NCBI GenBank assembly: GCA_045837725.1 | Contig: JBEWZL010000011.1 | Coordinates: forward strand, 186,001-250,000 | DNA length: 64,000 nucleotides | Direction: 5' to 3' | Source of the DNA: Vermamoeba vermiformis | Taxonomy: Eukaryota | Part shown: piece by piece, positions 61,927 through 64,000 of the stretch | Layout of the letters: each line of letters begins with the position of its first letter | How positions within the stretch are numbered: the first letter of the stretch is position 1 | Position numbers and translations under genes: made by a program | The notes under the pieces: generated by a model | Told to the model about the DNA's origin: nothing | Database searches by the model: none | The model's input: only the letters and a program-made list of their open reading frames with translations

Positions 61927-64000
61927 TTACAAAAGCCATTTTGTTGCTGAAATCTCTCTGAACGTGTGAACGAACCAAGGCGACAACCAACCATCGCCAT
62001 TATGAACGGCAATGTTCCCATTCTCTTCCCACTTCTCCAATTCTAACTTGATGGCACTGTTATGTTTGGCTGTTCTTGTGGACAGTCGGGCAGATGGAAT
62101 ATTTGGACTAAGAACCACAACCAGGTCAGAGCTAAATTGTTTGATAAGACCCTTCAGTTCTTTGTGCAAGCCTGAGGGAGAGATCTGCAAAGGTCATGTC
62201 AACAAATGCTGTAGGTAAAACTTGAGTGTACCTTTGTTTGGCCTGCAACAACGTTACGGCATTGAACAAGCAAGAACTTTTGGAATACTTTTCCTTTGTA
62301 GAGGGGAATGATAACGTTGGTAAAGTTTGATTTTGCTTCATTAATGACAATCAAGTGGTTTTGCTTGATAATGTCCAAGGTTGAGTTAAAGTTGTCAGCG
62401 GTAGGTTCTAACTTGCCAATTAATTTGATGACTCCTTTCCAGCAAGCCTAAAATCAGAGTAAGTAGTCTATAAGATAATGAAATGCATACATCTAATCCA
62501 GCAGTGCCATCAAGTGGTATAAGCTGGCTAAGTGGTACTGCAGGGGATTCTGAAGCTCCAGCAATTAACTTGTACCTCAGCCACAAAGTAACAGCAGCAG
62601 CATCTTCAAGTAAGTCTCCTTTGAATGGCAAATTTGTTGCAGCTCTACTGGAGGTGTGGAATGATTGAACAACAGTTTGAAGTGTTATTGGCACTGGTTC
62701 AAAACTGATACCCAGATTTTGAGGGATGCTGAATTGACTGAAGGAATCAAGTGGTTTCTTTAATCTCTCTGGGTAATAGAAAAATGGCATTGTGTAGTTT
62801 CGAATCAGTGAGACTGGGACTTCAGTTGTTCTTTGCTCAGTGACTGGAATTGAGTATGGAATCAAGGCTCCAGTAGCTTCCAATGTCTCGGATGTGATAG
62901 TTGGTGAGTAGATTTGTGCAATGGATAATTTGGGAAGACACAGTGCTGCTTCAACTTGCAATTTTTCAACATCCTTAATGTCAAACAGTGCTCCAAGACT
63001 AGAGACATTTGGCAATGCTTTCTCAATATCAGCCTTTCTCAAGAACTTCTGTTCGTCTCCTAAACCAACACTAGCATATGCATTTGCTAATCCTGTAGCA
63101 AAATATTCAATGGTTCTTGGCACTCCACAGCAATAAATCCAACGTTTGTAAAGTTGTGCTGAAAGGTCAAAGGACAGTAAATTGTCTGTTGTAGGTTGAT
63201 TTGGTGCATGGGCTAGTTGCTGATTTAACACAAACTGACAGACTTCATTCAAATAGTGGTGACTGAGTAATGGATCCATTGGCATTGAGTAAAGAAGGTT
63301 GTAGGCTGCAGGGTCATTTGCAAGATACAAGCCACCTAATTTGGTGCCTCCCTGCTTGATGGTTAGCATTCACATTACAAGGGAATAAACCTTACCATTG
63401 TCACAAGAAACTTCTTGTTGAGGGTTCTTGCAAAATAGGCAATGTCTCTAAACACCTTATGTGCATTGTTGTTGGTTGTGTATTCATTGGAGTCAGGAAG
63501 AAGGGTCTAGAAAAAAGATCAGGACAATTGTACTAGGAGTTATTGCTTACATGACATTCATCAATGATCAGCAAAGTCAAGTAGTCTTTAGTGTCATAGC
63601 AATCAACATGCACCAAGGGATGATATGGAGGAGAATTTGCATCAACACAACGGTCAAATATTTTGATCAATTCAGGCACAGTTTAAGTCCTTCAAATCTT
63701 TGCAGATTTTGCAGCAGGAAATACTTCAATGCTGAAGACAAACTTCTGTCAGAAAAGAAGTCAATGCAGAGATTTGTACTTACAAGGTTCGCCTGTTGGT
63801 GCTAGCTGAATTGATGCAATGCCATACATCACTCGTTGTTGCATTAGTGTTTGATGGAGTCTCACCAAAAACCGAACTTTAGCTTGAGAAGTCACCTTAG
63901 CTTGTTCCAATTGGCTAATTACTGGTTGTGTTATACGTAGATCGACTGTGAGTTTGTCGTTGAGGAATGAGTGAATGATGGCTGGAGATTGTAAGGCACG
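61927..64000 (-). pseudogene. Crinkler/CR-effector-like NTPase + restriction-endonuclease-fold gene, apparently frameshifted, running off the window
   Basis: Walker B-like LLIIDECH, GVPRTIE, GDLLE, LLQAK; frame breaks around 63680-63900; strong CpG depletion. Confidence 0.55.

Noticed and set aside
1-64000. Alternative genetic code, tRNA or rRNA genes, and the many antisense ORFs in the track
   Set aside because: Host genes end in TAA or TAG and split ORFs are explained by introns; no RNA gene was recognised by eye; antisense ORFs shadow real exons.

Overview
This is AT-rich, intron-dense eukaryotic DNA (short GT-AG introns with CTAAC-type branch points, standard code). An amoebozoan-type protist is the likely source, inferred from a GPCR-PIP kinase fusion and an SH2-domain TKL kinase. 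Ordinary host genes fill about 1-12.1 kb and 30.6-61.9 kb. Between them (~13.2-30.2 kb) lies a nested mobile-element island rich in chromatin and epigenetic modules: (i) a decayed TET/JBP-like dioxygenase, interrupted by (ii) a Ty3/gypsy element with a 71-bp candidate LTR and a complete -1 frameshift heptamer plus pseudoknot, whose gag is cut by (iii) a 5.7-kb TIR DNA transposon; (iv) a ParB-like/JmjC/zinc-finger gene; and (v) a pogo remnant. The TIR element encodes a Sola2-like transposase with a chromodomain and, divergently, a ParB-like/degenerate DNA-methyltransferase protein. It carries 11 copies of a CpG-rich palindrome, ACGCGC-N-GCGCGT, confined to its non-coding DNA and coinciding with locally preserved CpG. 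This element is the best candidate for an undescribed system, possibly transposon-encoded, sequence-specific anti-silencing. All gene models and domain calls were made by eye and need confirmation by database search.
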